A stretch of 64,000 nucleotides of DNA from Callorhinchus milii (Eukaryota). The notes under the pieces are model-generated. The model was given only the letters and a program-made list of their open reading frames with translations, had not been told where the DNA came from and made no database searches. The stretch spans positions 114,702,001 through 114,766,000 of the forward strand of contig NW_024704743.1 of the NCBI RefSeq assembly GCF_018977255.1. The letters run 5' to 3'. Position numbers and translations under genes: made by a program. Positions 13,401 through 25,170 of the stretch are shown one piece after another; the first letter of the stretch is position 1, and each line of letters starts with the position of its first letter.

Positions 13401-15924
13401 CATTAAGATGCACAAATGGATAATGCTCCTTTTGTACTAATGGCAGCAACGTGACATGGCTTTCAGTGGCAGACAATTCAAAGCAAGATTTACATCCCTG
13501 GCTCTGAATGACTCAAGATGGTGGAGTAATATTCTATTGTGCAGCATCTGACAGTGTTTAATATTAATAAAAATCTGTTAGTGTGGCTGGTTCTACAATA
13601 ACATTTAAAGTCTTCAGAGAATTTATAAACCTCTGTGCTTTCAGTTTAAAAATTTGTTTGAGCTCAACGCCAGTGAAATCTGATTAATCCTCTTTCCAGA
13701 CAACGCCAGCAATTCAATTCTAAAACCATGTCCCAGGAAATGTTTTGGGAGCACGGGTTCAAAATTGATGCAATCGTCTGAAGCTGAAGTTGCAAATACA
13801 TTCCTTGCCTCAATCAATGCAGAAACTAGATCAAATTAATGCTGAATGTTTCTTTAAAAGGAGCAAACTGGAAACTTTATTGTATGAATATAATGTCATT
13901 TGTCCATAAATACACAGACACTGCACATTACAGTAAATCCCGTGAAGGGCTTTGAGGCATTTTGACAACATGAAAGAGGGTTACATCAAGTCGAATCCCT
14001 CGCTCCTCCCTCCTCACATTCAAAGCCTCCATCAAGACCTACCATTTTGATCATCTTTCTCCTCCCCACTCACCTCGTCAGCTCCCATCCCCCTACACCC
14101 CACTGACCCCAACCCCCAACCCTAGGTCAGGTGCCAGCCAACAAGATGATGTGCTTTGAGTTGTCCTCCCAATGTGGAAGGAGTTATGTAAATGGAAATT
14201 GAAATTGCACAGTATTGTATCAAATACTAGGATCATTCCTGTTCTTATTATAATCGGCTACTTTTGAATGAGATGTGCAGACCGGTTCCAAATGAATGCC
14301 GAAGATCTTATGATATTGATCCAAAAGAGAAGGATTTTTTTTCTCCCTGTCCTGATCAATAATCCTCCAGATTAATTAACCATTGCCAAATGGGGTATGA
14401 AGGAGGCAAATAGTTTTGAGACTCATCAACATGATAAGGTGCTAAGAAATTCTAATAGTTGGCATCATTTGTTATTTGCTTGTTATTCAGACATCTGTAT
14501 TTTTATTTACTTGTAGCATTTTAGCTCATGTTGATCTCAGTCGGCCACAACTTGAAATAGAATTTAACTTTCTTGCACAGTCAACACCTACTCACCAAAT
14601 GTTCTGAGTAGCAAAACAACCAAGTTTATGGCTGGATAGCTAAATGTCACAGCGAGAAAAAAAATCCTTCTGAATCGCAAACTGCTGCACATTTTCTCTG
14701 CTTTGTGAAAAATCAGTTAGTGATCTTATGGCACTGTATTGTCTCTATTTCATACTTAGTGTAATGGTACCTATAAGGCATGACTGTCAAAAATAGCATT
14801 ACTATGGCAGTTATGTCGACATCGACCGTTACTCCAGTGTTTCTGTATTTAATATTTTTCTTTTTTAATCACAATATTTCAATGACATTTTGAACCGTTT
14901 ACGCAAGTCATTGGTTAGACTGCAGCACTGCAGAAAAGGCATCACAGTCATGATACACTGTAGGTTCGCACAGATGAAACCATCGTAGGTTTGCACAGAC
15001 GACATCGGGGAAGAGAGGTTAGAGAAATGACAGGACTCAAAAGAATTAGAACAGAGAATTGGAATAGAGGGACTGAGTAGTTGTCAAAATTATGAAAGAT
15101 TTAGAGCGACAGAAAGTGAAAAAAAATTCCCATTTTGGGTAGTAACAACTTGCATTTATGTAGTGCCCTTCACACAGTATAGCATCTCAGAGCCCTGTAC
15201 AGTGGCTGGTTTGGACACCGAGCAAGGGAGAGGGGTAGGTGATAATTTGAGCAGTCAAAGAGGTAGTTCTTTAGGTGGAGTTTAAAGATAGATAAGAGGA
15301 GGCCGAGGTGAAGGATTGAGGTAGGGAGTTCCAGAGGTTGGTGTGTAGCAGCTGAAAGCACAGCCATTGGTTTGGGTCCTGAGGGATCTGGGGGCACGAA
15401 ACAGGCCTGGGCCGGATGAGAAAATGGGGGGGGCAGTTATTTATTCTGGGCTTATTAGAAACATTTGATTGTTACAGAGAGAATCCGATCTCTTTGAAAG
15501 TATCCATGACAAATACAGTGCTACACTGCCCTTGTCTTGTTACTATTTCCAGGAGGTTACCTGCCAAGTCGAAACAATATTTTTTAAGCACAAGCAGTTT
15601 CTATTATGGGTATTAAAACCACGACTGGTTGGGCTTTCTCTGATATCCTATAATTTCTAAGCCTGATGTGTAAATGGCACAAAAACATCCTGTTAAGTGA
15701 ACACCACAGCCAAAGCCTTGATTTTTTTTCCCTTTCTATATGCTTGCGGGATTTGTTAATCGAAGGAAAATATCTTGCAGCCATTTGGGAGAAAATTCAC
15801 AGAGTTTCCACAACATTGCAATCCAACATTATGGTAAAGGGGGGGAGGAGGAGGCACTGAGTTGATGAGATGAAGTAAAGCTAATGGAAAGCAGGGCTGT
15901 CATTTAATTATCAGACTGGTGTAA

Positions 15925-16102
15925 TAATAATATAATAATAATCCTTGCATTTGATATAGCGCCTTATCACGTCTTCGAGACCTCTAAAAGCGCTTCACAG
16001 AATAAACTGTAAATTGAATTGACTGTACATTTTGTGGGCAAAACATAGCAGCCAATTGCACACAGCAGTGTCCCACAAACAGCTGTGGATGAGTGACCAA
16101 AT
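15925..16102 (-). mobile_element. 5'-truncated SINE tail, representative of many similar copies (e.g. 1500-1681, 6650-6790, 12955-13100, 35172-35340, 36865-36982, 40918-41030, 41950-42118, 54680-54800)
   Basis: (AAT)n-CCTTGCATTTGATATAGCGCC..AAAGCGCTTCACAGAAT..TTGTGGGC. Confidence 0.85.
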
Positions 16103-16825
16103 TGTAATAACATCATTAGAGATAGTACCACTTGTCACATTTTGGCACAATGTTTAACACCATCTCTGTAAAGCTCTTTGAGATATTCTTCCATGTGAAA
16201 GGTGTTGTATAAATGCATCCGATTGTTATTTGTTTCCCTGGATAATATGAGCAACCATGTTACAGATTTAACAAAACAATCATACGTTTAAAGCATCTGT
16301 CAATAATAATGAGGCATAAATGAGAAATCATAATAAATAATGATCCTTGCAATTGGCATAGCGCTTTTCACATAAATAAACACTGTTCAGTAAGTGGATG
16401 TAATCGCACATTTAGAATAGAGATAGTTAGAACAAAAATTTATGTAGATTGACAGGAAATCAACATATAAAACAAAAATTTGGAAGAGTAAACAATATAA
16501 ATGGAAATGAGACAGGAGAGCTGCTTAAGATATACGGTATTCTGTCAAAGACGACAAACTTCATAACTTCACCAACAGAAAAAAATAACTCAGTCAGTCA
16601 GTGTATGCAAAGCTCCATTTATAATTCTGTACACATTGTCCAGCATGCGTTACTCATCATCAGTTGAGCAGTCCCCGTAATATATATATTATGAGCAGAA
16701 ATGGTAGCATGGCTGATATTTGTAGACAACTGGGAATTTATTGCACACAAGAGAATTTGAATAGAATTGCACATGAATAAAAACATGCGGTACATTTTAA
16801 TTTTTTTTAAAAAAGTCACATTTAC

Positions 16826-16938
16826 CTGTTCCGTCATCCACATTCTCCACCTCCATGACCTCAGTGTTTATTCTGCCCCGAAAAAGGTAACGATGCCCAT
16901 CAGCAGCTTTCTTAGGGTGTGAGGTGTTCTTCAATCGC
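16826..16938 (-). CDS. PREX2: PREX2 exon 8 (PH), [37 protein letters not shown](A)
   Basis: 113 nt, phase 2-1, AG/GT bounded; [21 protein letters not shown] motif. Confidence 0.94.
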
Positions 16939-17279
16939 CTACAAATTCAAAATGTGTAAGCTTTTACTCTCAGTTATGTCTATGTACATCATATAATCTG
17001 CTGCACACTCGTATCTCTCTCCTTTCACAGTGCATTTAAATTATATCAGGGAAGAGAATGAGACAAGTGACAATTGTAGTGCAACTGGAAGCCATTTCTC
17101 TTCAGAAAGTGCCAGGTGACTCAGGGCATGGGTTAAATGTGGACACAATTCACTTTAGTGCTTTCTCTTGCCCTCACCCCCAAATTAGTCTTAGAGAATC
17201 AACCCTCACTGTGTGCCACTGGAGTTGGAAACAAGCTCATCAGATAAATGGCAGCGTTGTAAAATGCGTAGGGATGTTT

Positions 17280-17712
17280 AGCTTGTGCCAGTCCCTCTCG
17301 GTAGCACTTTCACCTCTGAATCAGAAGGTTGTAGGGTTATGGACTAACGTAGTCTCAGATAACACTCCATTGTAATGCTGCAGTGCATTCCATTGTGGGA
17401 GGTGCCGTCCTCTGGGACACTCGGGACCCCTACCCTGCGTGACAGGCCCTATATAAATGCAAGTTGTTGTTGTTGTCCTTTGGATGAGACGTTAAATCAA
17501 GATGCCGTCTGCCTGTTCAGGTAATGTTTCTCCCTGTGTCCTGGCCAACAATTCCCCAAAATAAAATTGGTCACTCATTCAATGGCTGTTTGTGGGGCAC
17601 TCCTGTGTGTAATTGTGCTGCCACGGTTGCATACAAAACACACACTTAACAATCTCTGTATAGCACTTAAAACATTCTTCTACACGAACAGTGTTGTATA
17701 AGAGCAAGTTAC
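17280..17712 (+). mobile_element. Long Deu-domain SINE with a nested L2 tail (about 17413-17474)
   Basis: GGTAGCACTTTCACCTCTGAATCAGAAGGTTGT head; nested tail flanked by a GTCCT duplication. Confidence 0.75.
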
Positions 17713-19432
17713 TTCAGTGATTATCAGAGCAAACTACCGTCCTGTCAACCCAGGGCGGTTTTCACATCAGCCTTCAGGCAGTATTCAAATTCACTACCAG
17801 CACCAGAGATAATTATAGCATCGACAATCAATTTTTTTTACTCCTGTTACAGCTTGTGATCACCAAACTGCAATTTCAGGAGTTTAACACAGGTACAGTA
17901 GTCTTGAGTGTTATAACTGGTGCTTTGGTGCCTCACAGAGTTAATGGAGCATATTGCACAACAGTTAAACTGGCTCCGCAACCCCCTGGCAGTGGAAACA
18001 ATAGCATCAAATATCTTCTTAACACATCGGTTCAGTGCACATGGTGTGTAATGTTGCCACATACGTGGGAACTCCTACATGAAATGAAACATTGAGATAT
18101 CCCATTCTTTCCCCTCCTGCAAACACACAATCACATACAAGCACACAGGGTATCAGCAAGAACTTTGCACTTCCAATTCCATTGTCCAACTTTGCACTGA
18201 GAAATACAGGCTGGATGGACCTGGATAGATAGACATCCTCTCTGAGAGTTTTAAGAGTTTCAACTGTGGATGAATTACACATTCTCGATTCCAGATTCTT
18301 GCTTGAGTGAAAGATTAACTTTTTTGTTCCGCGTCTGAGCTGAAGTAATGAATGTGAAGTTTCATTCACAAAAAAGAACCAAGTACAATCAAATCAGTGA
18401 ACGGTTTCTTGTAGCGCATGCACCAAAATAAGACCAAGCTAAATAAGATGATAAATAATGATAATAATCATAATAACAATCCTTGCAATTGATATACCTT
18501 CAAGTCATCCAGACGTCTCAAAGTGCTTCACAATATATACTGTAAGATGGATTGTCTGTTTATTGTGGGCAAAACGCGGCAGCCAGTTGCACACAGCAGT
18601 GTCTCTTGAACAACCAATGGAGTGAATGACCAATGTTATTTGGAGGATTGTTGGCCAGGACACCGGGAGAGACAAACACCCTTTTTTCTAAATAGTGCCA
18701 TAGGATGTGTAACATCCATCTGAACAGTCCTTGAGACAAACAGTAATGAAGCCATTCGAGCGCCTTTTCAACCCATTTGATATCACGACTTCGGCACACT
18801 GTTTCCTCATGTGTCCACACAGGAAAATTGGAAAGAAAAACGTGTGGTCTGCAGTGTAAGTCTGAATATGATTTGAGGGCATTGGCTTGGATCAAATTCG
18901 ATTCTCAATTTTACAGCGCCTTCAATAAAGCTGTCAGAGGTAATTATATAGACTTGTACAGAACAACTATCTAGCTATCAATTGTTTTTTCATATCTATT
19001 TTGTGACTCCCACGTTTCGGATACAGTTTACATAATAAAAAAAAGGTTTGAACCATGTCTCTGGCATCGGAGAACAATGAAACTACAAGAGTAAGCAGTC
19101 ACGGTTTTGAACCTTTGATCTTAGTACGGAATCTATTACATATGCAATGCATTATCCACCACACTTATTAAAAGGCTGCACGGGATAAAATACCCAGTAT
19201 GATTTATTAGTAGCTATAAATGATAATTGAAAGCATCAGCATGAACACAAATTTACTTCAAGCCCCATAACGAGCCTTAAAACTACGTGCTGCACCATTC
19301 AAAAACATAATAATAATTGTTATAAGTATGCAGTATTTTAGAAATGTTATGTCTGGTTGTCTTCCACTCTGCATTAAACACAGGGAATCAAACTGAACTG
19401 CGGTAATAGGTAAAATAGGTAATAGGTAGTTT

Positions 19433-19759
19433 GTGGAGTCCTGTAGCTCAGTGGTTAGAGCACTCGCTTTGCAAGCGAGAGACCTGAGTTCAATTCCAGG
19501 CAGAGGGCGAAACCTTGGGCAAATTTTCTTACTCCACACGCCTAATAATAATCCCTCCAAAACCAAAACAATAATAAATTGGTCATTTTCAATCCATGAC
19601 TGTTTGTGGGACATTGCTGTGCGCAATTGGCTGCCGCATTTCGCCCACAAATATACAGTCAATTCACTTTACAGTATATTCTGTGAAGCGCTTTGGAACG
19701 TCCTCCCGACGTGAAAAGCGCTATATCAAATGCAAGGATTATTATTATTATTATTATTA
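19433..19759 (+). mobile_element. Full-length tRNA-Ala(TGC)-derived Deu-domain SINE with L2-type tail and (ATT)n
   Basis: A box TAGCTCAGTGG, anticodon arm CTCGC-TTTGCAA-GCGAG, B box GTTCAATTCC; Deu-like CTGTTTGTGGGACATTGCTGTGCGCAATTGGCTGCCGC; (ATT)n tail. Confidence 0.88.
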
Positions 19760-20310
19760 AAAGAGAGAATTGTGTAGGAAAAATGTTGCATCACAGAGCT
19801 TGTCCAGGCAGCCAGACAAGTTGACACAACATCGGGATTCAGAACAAATTGGGACAGAAATCAGGACTTCTTTAAACAGAGGGTAGTCAACAGCTGGAAT
19901 AGGCTAAATAGAAGGGCAGTTGAGGCTAGTGCAATGGACTCATTAAACAACCCGCTTGAAATCGTAGATGAAAGATTGTAGGGTTGGTATTCTGGAAGAA
20001 CGAGGCCAAAACATGTAATGAATCATTGAAAAGTGTTGAATTTCAGGGTGAACTCAAGGCTGACAAAGATAGCTGTTGCAATTGTATTCATCTCACCTGA
20101 CTAATACATGGCATGAAAGGGTTGAGCAATGACGAAAGTATTTTGGGTTATATTCCCTGGACATGACTTAAACTAACCAGAGGAATTGGAGGCCGCAGCT
20201 GTGGAATCAATTGTGCTGCTTAAAGCGGAGATAGATTCTTTGCAGGTCAGAGTTTTGAGGGATTTGGAGAAAAGGAGGGGAAATAGGTGTTAGTGATCTA
20301 CAAAAATAGT

Positions 20311-20562
20311 GGAACAAAAACAGAAGTCGCTGGGAACACTCAGCAGGTCAGGCAGCATCCATGGAGAAAGGAAAGTGAGTCAACGTTTCGGGTCTATTAT
20401 TACTGACGAATCTATCATTACTGACGAAGTTCTGACGAAGGGTCGTGGACCTGAAACGTTGACTCACTTTCCTTTCTCCATAGATGCTGCCTGACCTGCT
20501 GAGTGTTCCCAGCGACCTCTGTTTTCGTTCCAGATTTCCAACATCTGCAGTATTTTGCTTTT
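20311..20562. mobile_element. Penelope-like fold-back element with a minimal hammerhead core
   Basis: ~85 bp inverted arms 20311-20395 and 20448-20531; CTGACGA-AGGGTC-GTG-GACCT-GAAACGTT at 20432-20460. Confidence 0.65.
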
Positions 20563-20910
20563 TAGAGCAAGGTTTGGAGCAGGTTTGATAGACGAGATGA
20601 CCTGCAGTCCATACTGTCCTGTTCAAATGGACGTTAAACGTCCCACAACGCTGTTTGAGAAAGAGAATCACTTCACAGGCAATTGCTGTTTATTTGTAGG
20701 CAAACAATGACAGTTGCAGGCAAACATTAGCATGACAGTTTCCCTACAAATACAACGGTAATTACCCTTGAAGAAGCTTAGGGACCTTTTGACAATATAG
20801 ATGTGAACCAAACACAATATTACATTAGTAAATGAAGCATTGATGCAAACCACACTCTTTGTATCAGGGCATTTGTGTATTGCTAAGTGTACAGGCAGCA
20901 CATCACCTAC

Positions 20911-21044
20911 CTGTGTTTCTTTTTGCAGTACACCAGCAGGTTATCAAAGAGGAAGAAAAATCGTTCCTGGATGTTGCCAGCTGAAATTTTGAGCAAAACC
21001 CCTTGCATCAGCAACTCAGTGCAGGTATCTGTTATGTTTGAACC
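20911..21044 (-). CDS. PREX2: PREX2 exon 7 (PH), [44 protein letters not shown](R)
   Basis: 134 nt, AG/GT bounded, ends in phase 2; [11 protein letters not shown] motif. Confidence 0.95.
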
Positions 21045-21944
21045 CTAAACAAAAGTTGACACAAAAACGCCAGTGATTCTCAGGAAATCGAAAAGTCTAT
21101 CAATAAATATACAGTGTTTCTTTTGTAATGACAAGTGAATGCCCCCTGCCCCACTCTTCAAACTGCAACTTATAATCATCAACTGAACTTACCTGACGCA
21201 CTCAAACACGTTCTCCAAAGTGAATTGAGCTACATAAATGCAAGTGGCTGTTGTTAATGATTTATCGCTTTGATTTTATTTCAAAAGAAAGCATAGCAAA
21301 ACACATTCATATGACCCAACTGAGCTTGCTCTGAATCACTTTGTCTCAACTTGGAAGCCGGTTCTTTTTGAAAACTGCAGAAATGCATCCCAATTAAGAC
21401 TGAACGTAAGAATTTTCCATCATTCTGCGTGACCTTAAAAATTAACGCAAAATGGTCTTACATTAAGAACAGGTGGAATTTAGAGTCACTGTCACAACCG
21501 GTAACAACAAGAAAGTGATGTTGTGGGTGTTGGTGGTGGGTGGGGGGGTGGGTGCAGGGTTTCATTCAGAAACCGCAGAAGTTTCGTTCAACAAAATCGC
21601 TGTTGGGGTTATAGTTCCTAAGTCTTTTAGTAAATTGTGATTTCAGTCTCAATCCATGCTTCAGTGTCTCTGGTCAAATATTTATGTAGGATATTCTGCT
21701 GTGTGTTTGGGCAGAGGTAAGAATCAGAAGTGCTCTGTGCCAATTCCATCATTGAGATGTAACACGTTCAAGTCAGGAGTGTTGGACTCTGAACGCAATT
21801 CGCATCATTGTTCCCTGTGCTCACAAATACAACAACAACAATTACAAGATTCCATTTATAGAGCGCCTTTCACGTCAGGAGGACGTCCCAAGGCGGTAAA
21901 CCATGACGTGAGTGACCAATTTTATTATTAGGGAACGTTCGCTG

Positions 21945-22142
21945 GGACACGCTGTGGGATCTTTAAGGTCCACCTGAACAGGCAGACGGGACCTCGGTTT
22001 CGCACCTCCAACAATGCAACACCCTCCAGCACTGCATTGGAGTGTCAGCCTCGACCATATGAGTTCCAAGTCCCAACTTGGGGCTTGAACCCACAACCTT
22101 CTGACTCAGAGGCGACAGTGCTACCGACTGAGCCAGGCTGGC
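21945..22142 (-). mobile_element. 5' half of a long Deu-domain SINE
   Basis: GGCTCAGTCGGTAGCACTGTCGCCTCTGAGTCAGAAGGTTGTGGGTTCAAGCC head with A and B boxes. Confidence 0.75.
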
Positions 22143-23685
22143 ACACTGGATGGAGAGTTTGTGTGTTAGCAGTCGTAAGCTCTGCACTTAAAACACTGCA
22201 GCACTTTTAATCGGCACAGATGGAATTCATATTCAAGCAAATGGGGAAAAATAAGTTACAAACAACGATGGATTCCAGATTTTACAGATTAGAACTGTAT
22301 TTCTCACTGGTTGAAAGCTCCATGGGACTGTACAAACATCTGACACAATAGGGAGCCATTTGACCCTTTTTCTAAAGCTGACAAACGTCTCTATCAGCAA
22401 CAATAATGCAGTATGTACTTTGCATCTAACACATTTTATGTTGAAAATGGCAAAAAAAAATCCTTTTCTTATTTTCGAACAGTGCCAAGGGATCTTTAAC
22501 GTCCACCTGAACATGTAGACCGGACTTCAGTTTAACACTTCAAACTGTGAAATGAAATAATTACGATTGATTATAAGTTGCATTGTGCCATTGCCATTTC
22601 AAAGAAAGGCAGTCTTTCTCCTGCTTATTTTAGTTAATATTCCTAATCTAAATTTAGCCTCAAATTCAAATTAATTGACTATTCATCTGATTCTCATTTA
22701 TGGGATGTGGCTGGTACAGATTAGTTGCCATATTTCCCTATGTAACATTCTCTTTCATTTCTGAATCAATCACATTTAGTGCAGCACTTTGAGGCGTTTA
22801 TTGTTACATGAAAGGAGCTATCTAAATACAAGCTATCACTACAATAATAAGCACATTCGCAGACAAACTAAAGGAGCGAACACTATTAAGTGAGCTCTGC
22901 ACTTGTTAAGAACGCAGAAGGAAGAACAGAATTGTCTACCCAATGCGACAGACAGCTTTAACTTTTCCTTATTACAACTGATGAAGCTTGTCACAGTGAC
23001 TCCTTCCTCCACCAAAACAGACTTTGGTTCCCTTTTTATTTTAACCTCACACGAGAGCTCTAACTATCCTTTGTTCCTTTGGTAAGCCTAAAAATAACCA
23101 ACCTATTTCCTCACACAGCTAAGCAATGTGTTAAACATTTCCTCCTGGGAGGAAATCTCAAGCTTTTTTTTTCTCCCTTTTTGTATTTCAGCTGTTTCGC
23201 TCAGGAACAGATGTTTATTTTGTCAAAGCGGTCATGGCACTTCACAACGTTTTAATGCGCTCAATCCAGGGATTGTTAGCTAGTTCTGGCAGTAGCCCTG
23301 GAAGCTCCAAACACTTCTTTATTACTGCAGAAACTAGTGAAAACTAAGCAGTTATAAACCAATAAATTAAGGGTTTCTCCTTCCCCCTCCCACCCCTACC
23401 TGCATGTACACAAGTCCTTATGTTTATATGAACCCATTTATTCCAGAGCAAAATGGTCAGTATTGCACTCCAGCTTTAAAAGGAGGTAAACATTTGTTAA
23501 GTTTGAGGTGGGAAGAAAAGCATTTTTTTACTCTCCCAAGTCCCTCAAGTCACATCAAGGGCTGGTAAGATGTATTTGTAATGGGATTCCTCAATCAGGA
23601 GACTGAGTCACACAAATTAAGAATTCCAGATATCCTGAGGTACATCAAGCCGACACACTGAACTGGTTTCAAGGAGTTCCCTTGG

Positions 23686-23815
23686 AACATAGGAACATAG
23701 GAATTAGGAGCAGGAATAGGCCCTTCGAGCCTGCCCCGCCATTCAATAAGATCATGGCTGATCTTCTAACCTAACTCCATCTGTCTGCCTTATCCCCATA
23801 TTCCTTAATCTCTCT
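23686..23815 (-). mobile_element. CR1-type 3' end with (TTCCTATG)n tail
   Basis: AACATAGGAACATAGGAA..GGAGCAGGAATAGGCC..AAGATCATGGCTGATC; same family as 58900-59245. Confidence 0.75.
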
Positions 23816-23829
23816 TGGGTCTATACCTA

Positions 23830-24200
23830 ATAGCATACACATCAGGTCACCACAATATAAGGGGGCTGCTCAGACAGTACAGAGGACTGCAACAAGGATG
23901 ATCCCCAGCATTAGAGAAATGAGCTATGAATGATTAGAGAAGCTGGGGCTCTTCAGTCTTAAGGGAAGGCGACTTAGAGGGAACCTTATACAAGTGCATA
24001 ACATTTTAAATGGGATTGAAGAAGTAAACCCAGAATAATACTTCAGGATGCATTAACAACAACTTGCATTTATATAGCATCCTTCGCACAGGGCAGCTTA
24101 ACTCTAGAGCACTCTACCCAAGACAGTAGAACAAGAGGACAGAGGTTTATAGTTGCAAAGGGCAATTTAAGGACAGAAACCAGGGCAATTTAAGGACAGC
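23830..24200 (+). mobile_element. CR1 ORF2 C-terminal fragment with a nested L2 tail
   Basis: LEKLGLFSL..RRLRG.L remnants; L2 tail at about 24055-24115. Confidence 0.75.
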
Positions 24201-24380
24201 ACCCTCCAGCCCCTCCCATCACCACACCAAGATGCTTTTTAAATGAGTCCCTTGTGCTGGCCTCAACCACCCTTCCTGGGAAAGTCACAAGATAATAATA
24301 ATCCTTGCATTTGATATAGCACCTTATCATGTCATTAGGAACGTCTCAAAGCGCTTCGCTGAATATATTGTGAAGTGAAA

Positions 24381-24588
24381 ATAAAAACAGAAGTCACTGG
24401 GAACTTCTTTCCCAGCGACTTCTGTTTCTGATTGTGTTTTCAGATTTCCAGCATCTGCAGTATTTTGCAGTGAGTTCTGATGAAGAGTCGTGGACCCGAA
24501 ACATTGACTCACTTTCCTTTCCCCATAAACGCTGCCTGACCTCTGTTTTTGTTTCAGATTTCCAGCATCTGAGTATTTTGCGTTTTGT
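24381..24588 (+). mobile_element. Penelope-like element (partial tandem plus short inverted arm) with a minimal hammerhead
   Basis: AGTGAGTT-CTGATGA-AGAGTC-GTG-GACCC-GAAA-CATT-GACTCACT at 24469-24513; inserted within a SINE tail. Confidence 0.65.
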
Positions 24589-24899
24589 TTATACTGTAAA
24601 TAAAAATGACTGTGAGTTTTGTGGGCAAAGCATGGCAGCTAATTGTGCACAGCAGTTTCCCACAAACAGGAGCAAGAATCTAGACTGATTTTCCAGTTGC
24701 CAATCCAGAGAAATTAAGCAGAATCAAACTCACAACCTTTCGATTTGTAGCGTCAAACCGCATCAGGGGAGATGTTTGGTTGGATGGTTTCTAAGAAAAC
24801 AATACTGTGCAATGTTCACATCCTAAGTGTTACAGTTTAGTGGGATAATGTCTATATAATATATAGACATTGTCCTATATGTGTGCATGTTGGTTGTGG

Positions 24900-25170
24900 A
24901 CTCCCCATCCAGTGGAAACATCTTATTTATGTTAACCTAATCAAACCCTTTTATAATTTTAAACACCTTTATTTGGTTCCCCCTTAAACATCTCTTCTCT
25001 AGCGAAAAGAGGCCTAACATATCCATTCTATCCTGATAGCAGCAACTCACCAGCCTTGGTATCATCCTAGTAAACTTATGCTGTACTCACTGCTATATCC
25101 TTCTTGAAGTGTGGAAACCAGAATTGGATACAGCTCTCCAAATGTGTTCTAACCAAGGTTTTGTACAAAT
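24900..25170 (-). mobile_element. CR1 ORF2 C-terminal fragment
   Basis: Minus-strand ELYPILVSTLQEG frame; nucleotide match to the CR1 'QFWSPHF.KD' region and 'LFSLEKRCLRG'. Confidence 0.75.

Noticed and set aside
19435..19510. tRNA-Ala(TGC) gene (also at 26004, 43510, 46798)
   Set aside because: The anticodon arm and A/B boxes are present, but the 3' acceptor strand is missing and the sequence continues into a SINE body.
20396..20440. CRISPR-like repeat
   Set aside because: Only a short tandem stutter with no unique spacers, in eukaryotic DNA.
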